64,000 nucleotides of DNA from Actinomycetota bacterium (GCA_041180145.1 JBEGSA010000002.1:14583-78582), one strand, 5' to 3'. Shown: positions 19,488 through 32,713, counted from the first letter of the stretch. Made by a program: numbers and translations. The notes: generated from the sequence alone by a model not told the origin.

Positions 19488-19631
19488 ATACGCAAGAACG
19501 TTTTCTCAGTTCGGCGTTTGATGAAATCCTCGCAGAATCTAACTGCGAGCCCGCACGGTCAAGACGTGCATGCGGTGACTAACAAAATCAATTCGAGTCA
19601 CCGAACCTCCTAAGAAAGAGCAATCAAAAAC
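19466..19631 (+). promoter_or_regulatory. Putative rho promoter (-10 TACTGT inside the thrB 3' end) and three-hairpin 5' leader
   Basis: Hairpins at 19529-19549, 19553-19569 and 19573-19603. Confidence 0.45.
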
Positions 19632-21398
19632 ATGGATGAAATCCAGGACACCACTCCGGTGCGCAAGAGCCGCCGCGTAGTAGCAGAAGCCTCAGCTCCA
19701 GCAGCAGACGCAACCTCAGAAGCCCCAAAAAAGACCACTCGCACCCGTGCAGCAAAGCCTGCTGCCGAATCTGCAGACTCAACCGAATCGGCTCCGGCGG
19801 AGCGCGCGCCACGTCGTGCGGCAAAGTCGGCAGAAGGTGCCGCAGAGTCAAACTCAGAGTCAACTGGCGAGGCGCGCGAGCCGCGTGAGTCAAACGGCGA
19901 GGGCGGCGAAGGTCGCGAGCGCTCGGGCAACTCACGCAACCGCAACCGCAATCGCAACCGCAACCGCAATGGTGGCGACAACGGCGAATCACGCGAGTCA
20001 AACGGAGAAGGCGGCGAGGCTCGTGAGCCACGCGAGCAGCGCGACAACTCAAACCGTGACAACTCAACCTCAGCCAACGACCGCAACAACGAGCGCGGCG
20101 AGCGTGACTTCAACGATGACCGTCGTGGTGGCCGCAACCGCAACCGCAATGGCAACCGCAACGACCGTTTCCGCGACCGTGACCGCAACCGCGGTGGACG
20201 TGGCAACAACGGCTACGACGAGGCAGAGCCAGAGATCTCTCCAGACGACGTTCTAGTTCCAGTCGCCGGCATCCTCGATGTACTCGACAACTACGCGTTC
20301 GTTCGCACCAGTGGTTACCTTCCAGGCCCGAACGACGTCTACGTTTCGCTCGGTCAGGTCAAGAAGTACAACCTGCGCAAGGGCGACGCCGTGGTTGGCG
20401 CAATCCGTCAGCCACGCGAGGGCGACAACGCCGGCCGCGTAAAGTTCAACGCAATCGTTCGCATCGACTCGATTAACGGTCTAACCGTCGAGCAGGCGGC
20501 AACCCGCGTAGAGTTCCAGAAGCTAACCCCGCTTTACCCACAGACTCGCTTGCGCCTCGAGACCGAGCCAAACAAGCTCAGCACCCGAATCATCGACTTG
20601 GTTTCACCAATCGGTAAGGGCCAGCGCGGTTTGATTGTTTCGCCTCCAAAGGCCGGTAAGACCCTGGTGCTTCAGGCGATCGCAAACTCAATCGCGGTCA
20701 ACAACCCAGAGGTTCACCTTATGGTTGTTCTCGTTGACGAGCGCCCAGAAGAAGTCACCGACATGCAGCGCACCGTCAAGGGTGAGGTCATTGCCTCAAC
20801 CTTCGACCGTCCTGCCGAAGACCACACCACCGTTGCCGAGTTGGCAATCGAGCGCGCAAAGCGTTTGGTTGAGCTTGGTCACGACGTTGTCGTTCTTCTC
20901 GACTCGATCACCCGTCTGGGTCGCGCCTACAACCTAAGTGCTCCTGCTTCTGGCCGAATCCTGTCTGGTGGTGTCGATTCATCGGCTCTTTACCCGCCAA
21001 AGCGTTTCTTCGGTGCCGCTCGCAACATTGAAGACGGCGGCTCGCTGACCATTCTTGCCACCGCTCTGGTTGAGACCGGTTCAAAGATGGATGAGGTTAT
21101 CTTCGAAGAGTTCAAGGGAACCGGAAACATGGAGCTTCGTCTGTCGCGTTCACTCGCAGACAAGCGCATCTTCCCGGCAGTTGACGTAAACGCTTCGGGC
21201 ACCCGCCGCGAAGAAATGTTGATGAGCCCTGACGAGACCAAGATTGTCTGGAAGCTTCGCCGCGCGCTTGCCGGTCTAGAGCAGCAGCAGGCTCTTGAGC
21301 TTGTCTTGAACCGCTTGAAAGAGACCTCGAGCAACGTTGAGTTCCTGATGCAGGTTCAGAAGTCGATGCCGGTTCCATCAGGTTCTGACTCGGAGTAA
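19632..21398 (+). CDS. rho: Transcription termination factor Rho with low-complexity N-terminal insertion
   Basis: PIGKGQRGLIVSPPKAGKT, LVDERPEEVTD and FKGTGNME; R/N/E/G-rich N-terminal region. Confidence 0.98.
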   Translation: MDEIQDTTPVRKSRRVVAEASAPAADATSEAPKKTTRTRAAKPAAESADSTESAPAERAPRRAAKSAEGAAESNSESTGEAREPRESNGEGGEGRERSGNSRNRNRNRNRNRNGGDNGESRESNGEGGEAREPREQRDNSNRDNSTSANDRNNERGERDFNDDRRGGRNRNRNGNRNDRFRDRDRNRGGRGNNGYDEAEPEISPDDVLVPVAGILDVLDNYAFVRTSGYLPGPNDVYVSLGQVKKYNLRKGDAVVGAIRQPREGDNAGRVKFNAIVRIDSINGLTVEQAATRVEFQKLTPLYPQTRLRLETEPNKLSTRIIDLVSPIGKGQRGLIVSPPKAGKTLVLQAIANSIAVNNPEVHLMVVLVDERPEEVTDMQRTVKGEVIASTFDRPAEDHTTVAELAIERAKRLVELGHDVVVLLDSITRLGRAYNLSAPASGRILSGGVDSSALYPPKRFFGAARNIEDGGSLTILATALVETGSKMDEVIFEEFKGTGNMELRLSRSLADKRIFPAVDVNASGTRREEMLMSPDETKIVWKLRRALAGLEQQQALELVLNRLKETSSNVEFLMQVQKSMPVPSGSDSE

Positions 21399-21402
21399 AT
21401 AA

Positions 21403-22488
21403 TTGCTTTCCTCGGTACAACCACTCATTGAAGAGCACCTGGAGCTTCAGACCAAGCTGTCTGATCCAGCGCTACACGGCAATCCGGCTCTTGCAAAGAA
21501 ACTCAACCGACGCTACGCAGAGTTGAGCGCCATTGTGGCTGCCTACAACCAGGTCAACTCGCTCGGCGACGACCTGGCTGCGGCTAAAGAGCTTGCCAAA
21601 GAAGATGAGATGTTTGCCGAAGAGGTTCCTGCGACCGAGCAGAAACTTCACGAAGCAAATGAAAAACTTCGTCGCCTTCTTATTCCTCGTGACCCTGATG
21701 ACGGCCGTGACGTAATTATGGAAATCAAGGCCGGTGAAGGTGGTGCAGAGTCTGCGTTGTTCGCAGCTGACTTGCTTCGCATGTACCTTCAATACGCGAA
21801 CTCAAAGGGCTGGAAGACAGAAATTCTTGACAAGAATGAGTCTGATCTCGGTGGCATAAAAGATATCCAGCTAGCTATCAAGTCGAACACCACTGATCCG
21901 GCCCAAGGCGTTCACGCGCACCTCAAGTACGAGGGTGGCGTGCACCGTGTTCAGCGTGTTCCGGCAACTGAAACTCAGGGTCGAATCCACACATCGGCGG
22001 CCGGCGTTCTAGTGTTCCCCGAAGTCGACGAGCCTGAAGAAGTCGAGATCCACCCTAACGACCTCCGAATCGATGTTTACCGTTCATCTGGCCCCGGTGG
22101 TCAGTCGGTCAACACCACCGACTCGGCAGTTCGCATTACCCACTTGCCAACCGGCATCACCGTGGCTATGCAGAACGAAAAGTCGCAACTTCAGAACCGC
22201 GAAGCCGGTATGCGCGTTCTTCGTGCCCGCATTCTTGCAGCCCAGCAAGAGGCTCTCGAAGCAGAGCAGTCGGCTGCCCGCAAGTCACAGGTTAAGTCGG
22301 TTGACCGATCTGAGCGCATTCGCACCTATAACTACCCTGAGAACCGCATCGCAGATCACCGCACAGGCTACAAGGCATACAACCTTGATGCAGTAATGGA
22401 TGGCGCCCTAGAGTCGGTCATTCAGTCGGCAATTGCCATGGATGAAGAAGCCCGTCTAGCGGCAATCGGTACCAGCGAAGACAAGTAA
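21403..22488 (+). CDS. prfA: Peptide chain release factor 1
   Basis: [14 protein letters not shown] (PxT) motif and RIRTYNYP. Confidence 0.98.
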   Translation: MLSSVQPLIEEHLELQTKLSDPALHGNPALAKKLNRRYAELSAIVAAYNQVNSLGDDLAAAKELAKEDEMFAEEVPATEQKLHEANEKLRRLLIPRDPDDGRDVIMEIKAGEGGAESALFAADLLRMYLQYANSKGWKTEILDKNESDLGGIKDIQLAIKSNTTDPAQGVHAHLKYEGGVHRVQRVPATETQGRIHTSAAGVLVFPEVDEPEEVEIHPNDLRIDVYRSSGPGGQSVNTTDSAVRITHLPTGITVAMQNEKSQLQNREAGMRVLRARILAAQQEALEAEQSAARKSQVKSVDRSERIRTYNYPENRIADHRTGYKAYNLDAVMDGALESVIQSAIAMDEEARLAAIGTSEDK

Positions 22489-22489
22489 C

Positions 22490-23350
22490 TTGCTACTGCT
22501 CGATGTAGTTGAACATGCTGCAAAGCGCTTCGCCGAAGTGGGCATTGATTCAGCGATTGTTGACGCAGAGCTATTGGCAGGTCACGTGCTTGGGTTGACT
22601 CGAGGTCAGGTTCAAGCCGAAATCATTCGTGGCGGGTTTCTCACCGAAGATCAGGCCGAGACTCTGAACCACCTTTATGCACGTCGCCTATCGCGCGAAC
22701 CGCTGCAGCACATCACCGGAGTCGCTTACTTTCGCGACCTAGAGCTCAAAGTGGGCAAGGGAGTCTTTATTCCGAGACCCGAGACCGAATTCGTTGCCCA
22801 GTTGGCCATCGACGCTCTTCGCGCCCGCCTTGCAAATGACACCGCTCCAATTGCGGTTGACCTCGGCACTGGCTCAGGCGCAATTGCGCTGGCCATGGCT
22901 ACCGAGGTTTTAGGCGCCCAGATTTTTGCCGTAGAAAAATCCGAAGAGGCCCTGCCTTTCACGGCAGCCAACTTTGAAACCTACGCACACACCGGGGCAA
23001 GACTAATTCAGGGCGATTTGGCCGATGCCTTCAGCCAGCTCGATGCTCAGGTTGCGGTTGTCGCCTCAAACCCGCCTTACATTCCGCTTGACATGATTCC
23101 GCGGGATCCAGAGGTTCGACTATTTGATCCCGAGCTTGCCCTGTATGGCGGTCAAGATGGAATGTCGGTGATGAAACTGGTTTCTGCTACCGCACAGCGC
23201 CTGTTGATCGATGGGGGAGAGCTTGTGGTCGAGCACGCAGACTCACAATCTGAACAGGTCTGTCAACTACTATTGGCTGATGGATGGCGTGATGTTCGCG
23301 CCCACCAAGACCTAACCGGTCGAGACCGAGCCGTAACCGCAAAAAAGTAA
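22490..23350 (+). CDS. prmC: Release factor glutamine methyltransferase
   Basis: FIPRPETE, DLGTGSG and SNPPY. Confidence 0.96.
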   Translation: MLLLDVVEHAAKRFAEVGIDSAIVDAELLAGHVLGLTRGQVQAEIIRGGFLTEDQAETLNHLYARRLSREPLQHITGVAYFRDLELKVGKGVFIPRPETEFVAQLAIDALRARLANDTAPIAVDLGTGSGAIALAMATEVLGAQIFAVEKSEEALPFTAANFETYAHTGARLIQGDLADAFSQLDAQVAVVASNPPYIPLDMIPRDPEVRLFDPELALYGGQDGMSVMKLVSATAQRLLIDGGELVVEHADSQSEQVCQLLLADGWRDVRAHQDLTGRDRAVTAKK

Positions 23351-23367
23351 TTCAGTGCAGAAGGGGA

Positions 23368-24066
23368 GTGCCCATGGAGCGAATCTATGACTGCTCAGTC
23401 GATACCGACCTTCTCACCGGTATGCGCCTCGCGAAGGTATCTCTCGGAAGACACGAACTCGTGGTCATGCCGACCGATACAGTGTATGGAATTGGCTGTG
23501 ACGCATTTTCGGCAAAAGGCGTCGAGGCCTTGCTTGCTGCGAAGGGCAGAGGCCCGCAGTCGCCGCCACCGGTATTGATTCCTAACACTCAAACTCTTCA
23601 CGCTCTTGCCGAGAGTGTTCCCGACGTTGCGGTTCGGTTGGCCGAAACCTTTTGGCCTGGCGCTCTAACCATGATTCTTCGAGCGCAACCCTCACTTAAT
23701 TGGAACCTAGGTGAAACCCGTGGAACGGTTGCCTTGAGAATGCCTGATCACAAGATCGCCCTGGCGTTGCTCGAAGAGGTTGGCCCGATGGCAGTTTCGA
23801 GTGCCAATCTCACTGGTGAACCTGCCGCCACTACCTGTCAGCAGGCAGAGGCCTATCTGGGCGCCAGCGTTTCGGTATATCTTGATGGAGGTACCAGCCC
23901 GAAGGGCGAGGCGTCAACCATTCTTGACCTCACATCAATCGTCGATTCCTACGACGCCGACGGTGGCCTAACCACCACCGGCACCATCAAAATTGTTCGC
24001 CGCGGTGCGCTTCGCCCCGAGCAAATCCGCTCGATTGCCGGCAGTCTTCTAGAGCTCGAGGCTTAG
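23368..24066 (+). CDS. tsaC: L-threonylcarbamoyladenylate synthase (Sua5/YrdC)
   Basis: PTDTVYG, AKGRG, FWPGALT and SSAN. Confidence 0.93.
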   Translation: MPMERIYDCSVDTDLLTGMRLAKVSLGRHELVVMPTDTVYGIGCDAFSAKGVEALLAAKGRGPQSPPPVLIPNTQTLHALAESVPDVAVRLAETFWPGALTMILRAQPSLNWNLGETRGTVALRMPDHKIALALLEEVGPMAVSSANLTGEPAATTCQQAEAYLGASVSVYLDGGTSPKGEASTILDLTSIVDSYDADGGLTTTGTIKIVRRGALRPEQIRSIAGSLLELEA

Positions 24067-24069
24067 CCG

Positions 24070-25173
24070 GTGCGCGCCTATCTACTAATCATGCTGATCT
24101 CGGCACTGATTACTTTTGTGGGCACCTTTGCGACCCTGCGCATCAGCCACCGCTATAAGCTCTACCCACAAATTAGGGCCCGCGACGTACACACTCGTCC
24201 GACCCCACGACTTGGTGGCGTAGCCATGTTTGCCGGCTTCGCAGTCACCATGCCGATCGCCGGTTCGCTCGGCTGGTTTAAGGGCGTTTTCGCCGAACCC
24301 GTGCACGTATACGCCATCCTGGGTGCCGCATTTTTGATCACCCTAATCGGCTTTCTAGACGACCTGTATGACCTCGACTGGAGCCTAAAGCTAGCCGGTC
24401 AGTTCGTGGTGGCCGGCATTTTGGCCTGGCAGGGTGTGCAGATAGTGTCGTTGCCAATCGCCGGACTCACAATCGGCAGTTTCGGCATCTCTTTTGTTGT
24501 CACCGTTTTCTTGACTGTATTGGTGATGAATGCGGTCAACTTCATCGATGGCCTCGACGGCCTTGTGGCTGGCGTTGTGTTGATTGGCACCGCGGTCTTT
24601 TTCACCTATAGCTACTTATTGGCTCAGCAGACCTCACCAACCAACTACTTCAACCTGGCTTCGCTGCTTTCGGCGATAGTGATCGGCATGTGCGTTGGGT
24701 TCTTACCATTCAACTGGCACCGGGCCAAAATCTTTATGGGCGATTCTGGAGCCATGCTACTTGGGCTCTTGATGGCAACATCCGCGCTGACGGTCACGGG
24801 CCAGATCGACCCCAAACTGGTCAGCAAGGGCGAGCTCGTGCCCGCGTTTATTCCGCTAATTCTGCCCCTTGCAATCTTGATTCTGCCAATGCTCGACTTC
24901 ACTCTCGCGGTGCTAAGGCGACTGCGTGCCGGCAAGTCGCCATTTGCGGCAGACCGCCAACATATTCACCACCGTCTGCAAGATTTCGGTCACTCCCACT
25001 TGGGTTCGGTTTTGGTTTTTTACGTCTGGACCGCACTTATTTCTATCTCTTGCGTTCTCTTTTTCTTTGTCGATGCCTGGATAGTTTGGCTGTTCCTGCT
25101 TCTTGGTGCCGCCGCGGCATTCACTTTTACCATCTGGCCCGTTCTAAGAAAGCGAGTGTTCACCAGTGACTAA
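24070..25173 (+). CDS. wecA: Undecaprenyl-phosphate GlcNAc-1-phosphate transferase (WecA/TagO, MraY-like)
   Basis: PRLGG, DD, NAVNFIDGLDGL, FMGDSG and DRQHIHH. Confidence 0.9.
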   Translation: MRAYLLIMLISALITFVGTFATLRISHRYKLYPQIRARDVHTRPTPRLGGVAMFAGFAVTMPIAGSLGWFKGVFAEPVHVYAILGAAFLITLIGFLDDLYDLDWSLKLAGQFVVAGILAWQGVQIVSLPIAGLTIGSFGISFVVTVFLTVLVMNAVNFIDGLDGLVAGVVLIGTAVFFTYSYLLAQQTSPTNYFNLASLLSAIVIGMCVGFLPFNWHRAKIFMGDSGAMLLGLLMATSALTVTGQIDPKLVSKGELVPAFIPLILPLAILILPMLDFTLAVLRRLRAGKSPFAADRQHIHHRLQDFGHSHLGSVLVFYVWTALISISCVLFFFVDAWIVWLFLLLGAAAAFTFTIWPVLRKRVFTSD

Positions 25174-25576
25174 TCAAGACCCAGCCGGAGAGCTATTCAA
25201 ACAGGTGCTAGTTCGGGGTTCAATTTTGATCGCCGGGATAGCGCTAATCGGAGGCCTGGTCGGTTTCATGGTTGCCGCTGTTGCCGGTCTTACCAGCGCT
25301 TTGATCGGCGCCGGGCTAGCTCTGGTTTTTGTTTCGTTGACGGCGCTAAGCGTGGCCATCGGTGGCCGACTTCCATTGGGAGCGTTTTTCGGAATCGTGC
25401 TCGGAGGCTGGATTCTCAAGTTGGTTGGATTCGTGCTGGTGATTGGGCTTCTAAAGGGCGCTGACTTCATCAACGGCCCTGTTTTGTTCTTCACTTTGGT
25501 TGCCTCAATTTTGGGCACGCTAGCACTCGATTCGGTCGCCGTTTTGAAGGCCCGTTTGCCACTCGGCCGAGACTAG
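25166..25576 (+). CDS. 4-TM membrane protein, AtpI-like
   Basis: Hydrophobic 136 aa ORF immediately upstream of atpB. Confidence 0.65.
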   Translation: MTNQDPAGELFKQVLVRGSILIAGIALIGGLVGFMVAAVAGLTSALIGAGLALVFVSLTALSVAIGGRLPLGAFFGIVLGGWILKLVGFVLVIGLLKGADFINGPVLFFTLVASILGTLALDSVAVLKARLPLGRD

Positions 25577-25737
25577 ATTCACCAAGGTCAAAAAAACTTG
25601 GCCAAACCCCGAAAAACCGTATTGGCAAGCCAAATCTTGCTGGTAAGATTTTGGAAGGCACAGAAGCTTTTCTTCGCCTAATCGCACTGTAAATCGCCGC
25701 AAGGCAGTTCCAACTTGCCCCGAAACAGGAGTTCACG

Positions 25738-26580
25738 CTGTTCACTAACGCACTGAACCTGCTCAACGTAGCAGCGAGCACCGACGAGTCGGGCGGTGGC
25801 TTCCACGCCCCTTCAATCATGGAGTTCTATCCAGAGATTGTCGCCTTCGAAGGCACCCCGTTTGCACTGAACCGAATCATGTTGATTCGTCTTCTAGTGC
25901 TAACACTCCTAGTAATCGTGTTTGCGCTATGGACTTCAAAGTTCAAGCAGGCGAACAAGACCAACAACTTTGTGCCAGGCAAGTTCCAGCTGATGGGCGA
26001 AATCTCGCTCAACTTCGTGCGCAAGAGCATCGCTCACGACCAGCTTGGCGAAAAAGACGGTGACCGCTTCCTACCGCTGCTCACCACAATCTTCTTTGTG
26101 ACCCTCGGCATGAACATCACCGGTGTCATCCCCGGTCTAAACATCGCGGGAACATCGGTAATCGGTTTGCCGATTGTCATGGCGCTGGCAGCTTACGTGA
26201 CCTTCATTTATGCGGGCGTAAAAAAGCACGGCGGTCATTTCTTCACAGCCTCTTTGTTCCCAGCCGGCGTACCGAAGGCCTTCTACGTCTTGGTCACTCC
26301 AATTGAGTTCCTCTCGACCTTCATTCTTCGCCCGGTTACCCTGGCTCTTCGTTTGACCATGAACATGATTGCTGGCCACCTGTTGCTAGTGCTCTGTTTC
26401 TCGGCAACCCAGTTCTTCTTGTTCAATGCCGAAGGTGCTTTCAAGTTCTTTGGTGCAGGCACATTCGTGTTTGGTTTCGCGTTCACTCTCTTCGAGATCC
26501 TGGTCGCGTTCCTGCAGGCATACGTTTTTACTCTTCTGACCACGGTCTACATTCAGTTGGCCCTAGCAGACGAGCACTAA
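25738..26580 (+). CDS. atpB: F0F1 ATP synthase subunit a (probable CTG start)
   Basis: RPVTLALRL..NM.AGH and LQAYVF; in-frame CTG at 25738 behind RBS AGGAG extends the 25819 ORF by 27 codons. Confidence 0.93.
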   Translation: MFTNALNLLNVAASTDESGGGFHAPSIMEFYPEIVAFEGTPFALNRIMLIRLLVLTLLVIVFALWTSKFKQANKTNNFVPGKFQLMGEISLNFVRKSIAHDQLGEKDGDRFLPLLTTIFFVTLGMNITGVIPGLNIAGTSVIGLPIVMALAAYVTFIYAGVKKHGGHFFTASLFPAGVPKAFYVLVTPIEFLSTFILRPVTLALRLTMNMIAGHLLLVLCFSATQFFLFNAEGAFKFFGAGTFVFGFAFTLFEILVAFLQAYVFTLLTTVYIQLALADEH

Positions 26581-26859
<279 letters not shown>

Positions 26860-26874
26860 TCAGTCAGGATCTAA

Positions 26875-27449
<575 letters not shown>

Positions 27450-27450
<1 letters not shown>

Positions 27451-28253
27451 TGGCGAGTTCAACCAGGCAGTCACTAGCCGCAGCTAAAGAAGCGCTAACT
27501 CCGCTTCTAGCCAAGGCCAATCTCAAGTTCGCAGAAGAGCTATTCGCAATCGGTTCTGCCGTTGCGTCTTCGGCTCAGTTGCGCAGCATCCTCTCGGACC
27601 CTTCCGCCGAGGCTAAGTCAAAGGCTGGCGCGCTTACCGCTGTATTCGGTAAGAACGTTTCGGCCAACGTGCTTGAGTTTGCTACCTCCCTGGTTGCACT
27701 TCGCTGGTCAACCGGCCAAGACCTTGTCTCGGCCTTTGAGCAGCTTGCGGTTCACGCTGTTGCAGCAATCGCTGCTTCGGCCAAGAACCTAGCCAGTGTC
27801 GAGAGCGATCTGTTTGCCTTTCAGCAGGCAGTCGACTCTGACCAAGAGCTTCAGTTCGCACTCGGTGACCGCCTTGCTTCTGACGAAGCCAAGGCCAAGC
27901 TGGTTGCCTCGCTAACCAAGGGCAAGACCACCGATGAAGCTGCGCTACTGATTCGTCAGAGCGTAATTGGTGCTCGCCGTCGCCGTGTTTCAGTTGTTCT
28001 CGAGCAGTTCGGCAAGCAGGTTTCTGCCTATGCCGAGCGCCTAGTGGCAACCGTTACCGTTGCTGCGCCAATCAGCGCGGCACAGCTAGAGCGCCTCGAA
28101 GGTGCTTTGGCCAAGGCATACGGCAACAGCCTCAAGCTAAACGTCGAGGTAGATGCGTCTATTCTCGGCGGAGTTAAGGTTCAGGTCGCAGGAGAAATCC
28201 TCGATGGCAGCCTAAGCACCCGATTGACCACCGCCAAGCTGCAACTGGCATAA
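27450..28253 (+). CDS. atpH: F0F1 ATP synthase subunit delta (actinobacterial long form)
   Basis: C-terminal VDASILGGVKVQVAGEILDGS; operon position. Confidence 0.95.
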
Positions 28254-28328
28254 CCCACAAATTTCAGTCATCCAGGTGACTGGCCTAGAAAGACCAACCG
28301 GGGTTCGCCCCAGAAGTAGAGGAACGAG

Positions 28329-29966
28329 ATGGCAGATCTGAACATCAGCCCGAACGAGATTCGCGACGCTCTGAAGGACTTCGTAAAGTCCTACGAGCCA
28401 GCCAAGGCTTCGCGTGCCGAAGTAGGCCACGTAATCGACGCCGGTGACGGTATCGCACACGTTGAAGGTCTGCCAAGCGCAATGGCGAACGAGCTTCTAA
28501 AGTTTGCCGATGGCACTTTGGGTCTAGCTCTAAACCTTGACGAGCGCGAGATCGGTACCGTTGTTCTCGGTAACTTCGAAGGCATCGTAGAGGGCATGGA
28601 AGTCCACCGCACCGGTGAAGTTCTATCTGTCCCAGTCGGTGACAAGTTCCTAGGTCGCGTTGTCGACCCACTTGGCAACCCAATCGATGGTTTGGGTGAC
28701 ATCAAGGCCGAGGCCCGCCGTGCACTAGAGCTTCAGGCTCCTGGCGTTATGGCCCGTAAGTCTGTTCACGAGCCACTGCAGACCGGTATCAAGGCAATCG
28801 ACGCCATGATTCCAGTTGGCCGTGGCCAGCGTCAGCTCATCATCGGTGACCGCCAGACCGGTAAGACCGCGATTGCGATCGACACCATCATCAACCAGAA
28901 GGCCAACTGGGAGTCAGGCGATGTCAACAAGCAGGTTCGCTGCATCTATGTTGCCGTCGGTCAAAAGGGTTCAACCATTGCTGCAGTAAAGGGTGCCCTT
29001 GAGGCAGCCGGAGCAATGGAGTACACCACCATCGTGGCTTCACCTGCATCAGACCCAGCGGGTTTCAAGTACCTAGCTCCATACACCGGTTCTGCAATTG
29101 GTCAGCACTGGATGTACGGCGGCAAGCACGTGCTAATCATCTTCGATGACCTGTCAAAGCAGGCCGAAGCCTACCGTGCCGTTTCACTTCTTCTACGTCG
29201 TCCACCGGGCCGCGAGGCTTACCCTGGTGACGTCTTCTACCTACACTCTCGTCTACTTGAGCGTTGTGCCAAGCTAAACGACGAGCTAGGTGGCGGTTCG
29301 ATGACTGGTCTTCCAATCATCGAGACCAAGGCAAACGACGTTTCTGCATACATTCCAACCAACGTGATTTCGATCACCGACGGTCAGATCTTCTTGCAGT
29401 CAGACCTCTTCAACTCGAACCAGCGCCCTGCGATTGACGTAGGTATCTCGGTTTCACGTGTTGGTGGTGCGGCACAGGTCAAGGGCATCAAGGGTGTTTC
29501 AGGAACCCTGAAGCTTGAGCTTGCTCAGTACCGCGCTCTTGAGGCCTTCGCAATGTTTGCTTCAGACCTAGACGCGGCTTCACGTCAGCAGCTAGCCCGC
29601 GGTGCACGTTTGATGGAGCTTCTAAAGCAGCCTCAGTACTCACCGTTCCCAGTTGAAGAACAGACTGTATCGATCTGGGCCGGAACCACTGGCAAGCTCG
29701 ACGAGGTTCCAGTTGAAGACGTTCTGCGTTTCGAGGCTGAACTTCTAGAGCACCTGCGTCGCAACACCAAGGTTCTAACCACCATTCGCGAGACCAGCAA
29801 GCTGGAGAGCGACACCGTGGCAGAGCTTGAAAAGCAGGTAGCTAAGTTCAAGAAGAGCTTTGCAACCAAGGGCGGCGAAGCACTAGCTTCGGCCGGCGAC
29901 GCATCAGTCCTAGACGAAGAAGAAGTCACTCAGGAAAAGATCGTCAAGCAAAAGAAGAAGAAGTAA
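28329..29966 (+). CDS. atpA: F0F1 ATP synthase subunit alpha
   Basis: GDRQTGKT and [21 protein letters not shown]. Confidence 0.99.
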   Translation: MADLNISPNEIRDALKDFVKSYEPAKASRAEVGHVIDAGDGIAHVEGLPSAMANELLKFADGTLGLALNLDEREIGTVVLGNFEGIVEGMEVHRTGEVLSVPVGDKFLGRVVDPLGNPIDGLGDIKAEARRALELQAPGVMARKSVHEPLQTGIKAIDAMIPVGRGQRQLIIGDRQTGKTAIAIDTIINQKANWESGDVNKQVRCIYVAVGQKGSTIAAVKGALEAAGAMEYTTIVASPASDPAGFKYLAPYTGSAIGQHWMYGGKHVLIIFDDLSKQAEAYRAVSLLLRRPPGREAYPGDVFYLHSRLLERCAKLNDELGGGSMTGLPIIETKANDVSAYIPTNVISITDGQIFLQSDLFNSNQRPAIDVGISVSRVGGAAQVKGIKGVSGTLKLELAQYRALEAFAMFASDLDAASRQQLARGARLMELLKQPQYSPFPVEEQTVSIWAGTTGKLDEVPVEDVLRFEAELLEHLRRNTKVLTTIRETSKLESDTVAELEKQVAKFKKSFATKGGEALASAGDASVLDEEEVTQEKIVKQKKKK

Positions 29967-30022
29967 TTCTTCTCTTTTAGAGACCATCCAAACTGACGAC
30001 CAGAATTTAGGAACGGAGAGAC

Positions 30023-30931
30023 ATGGGAGCGCAACTTCGCGTCTACCGGCAGAAAATTAAGTCTGCCCAGACGACCAAGAAGATTACTCGCGCCATGGAG
30101 CTAATTTCCGCTTCGCGCATTTACAAGGCTCAGCAGCGCGTTGCAGCATCAACTCCATACTCGCGTGCAGTTACTCGCGCGGTTTCGGCTGTGGCCACAT
30201 TCTCGAATGTTGACCACCCGCTAACCACCGAGCCAGCTCGCATCGATCGTGCCGCGGTTGTGATTTTCACTTCTGACCGTGGTCTAGCCGGTGCGTTCTC
30301 ATCAAACGTTCTCAAAGAGGCCGACCAGCTTGCCAACCTGCTCAAAGAGCAGGGCAAAGAGGTTGTTTACTACCTAGTTGGTCGCAAGGCTGTTGCTTAC
30401 TTCGGTTTCCGCCGTCGCGAGGCTGTTCGCAGCTGGATTGGCGGCACCGACTTGCCACAGTTCGACACCGCCAAAGAGATCGCCGATGCTGTCGTAGCGG
30501 CTTTCAACACCGACTATGCAGACGGTGGCGTTGACGAGATTCACCTAGTTTCAAACCGTTTCGTTTCGATGATTGCCCAGGTTCCTGAGGTTGTCCGTTT
30601 GCTTCCTCTAGAGGTAGTAGAAGGCACCGAGCCTCCTGCTGCAGGCGAGGTTTTCCCGCTTTACGAGTTCGAGCCAGACGTAAACAAGGTGCTCGACGCA
30701 CTGCTACCGGTTTACATCGAGAGTCGCATCTTCAACGCAATGTTGCAGTCTGCAGCTTCTGAGCACGCAGCACGTCAGAAGGCCATGAAATCGGCCACCG
30801 ACAACGCCGAAAAGCTCATCAAGAACTACACCCGATTGAGCAACTCAGCTCGTCAGTCAGAAATTACCCAGCAGATTTCCGAAATCGTTGGTGGAGCAGA
30901 CGCACTGTCTACCACCGGTGACGAAGACTAA
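30023..30931 (+). CDS. atpG: F0F1 ATP synthase subunit gamma
   Basis: [18 protein letters not shown] and [16 protein letters not shown]. Confidence 0.98.
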   Translation: MGAQLRVYRQKIKSAQTTKKITRAMELISASRIYKAQQRVAASTPYSRAVTRAVSAVATFSNVDHPLTTEPARIDRAAVVIFTSDRGLAGAFSSNVLKEADQLANLLKEQGKEVVYYLVGRKAVAYFGFRRREAVRSWIGGTDLPQFDTAKEIADAVVAAFNTDYADGGVDEIHLVSNRFVSMIAQVPEVVRLLPLEVVEGTEPPAAGEVFPLYEFEPDVNKVLDALLPVYIESRIFNAMLQSAASEHAARQKAMKSATDNAEKLIKNYTRLSNSARQSEITQQISEIVGGADALSTTGDED

Positions 30932-32404
<1,473 letters not shown>

Positions 32405-32406
32405 TA

Positions 32407-32667
32407 ATGGCCACCCTTCGTGTTGAACTTGTAGCAGCCGACCAGGCCGTATGGACTGGCGAAGCCAAGATGGTCATCGCTAAGACCGTCGAAGGTGAGA
32501 TCGGTTTGCTACCTGGTCACGAGCCAATGCTCGCCATTCTTGGCGCCGGCGAGGTTCGCATCACCCTTGAAGACGGCAACGTCATCAAGGCCAATGCCGA
32601 AGATGGTTTCTTGTCTGTCGAGAACAATGTTGTCACTGTAGTGGCTCGCAACGCGGCTCTCGTCTAA
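32407..32667 (+). CDS. atpC: F0F1 ATP synthase subunit epsilon (short, N-terminal domain only)
   Basis: GEIGLLPGHEP and GFLSV; 86 aa. Confidence 0.95.
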   Translation: MATLRVELVAADQAVWTGEAKMVIAKTVEGEIGLLPGHEPMLAILGAGEVRITLEDGNVIKANAEDGFLSVENNVVTVVARNAALV

Positions 32668-32683
32668 ACCTTCAACTGAATTG

Positions 32684-32713
32684 AAAAACCCCGGCCAATG
32701 GCCGGGGTTTTTT
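32684..32713. terminator. Bidirectional intrinsic terminator between atpC and pduO
   Basis: AAAAACCCCGGCCAATGGCCGGGGTTTTTT. Confidence 0.9.

Noticed and set aside
19610-20256. Antisense and alternative ORFs with LRLRLR or CGCGC repeats over rho
   Set aside because: They are shadows of the CGCAAC hexamer repeats encoding the Rho RN tracts.
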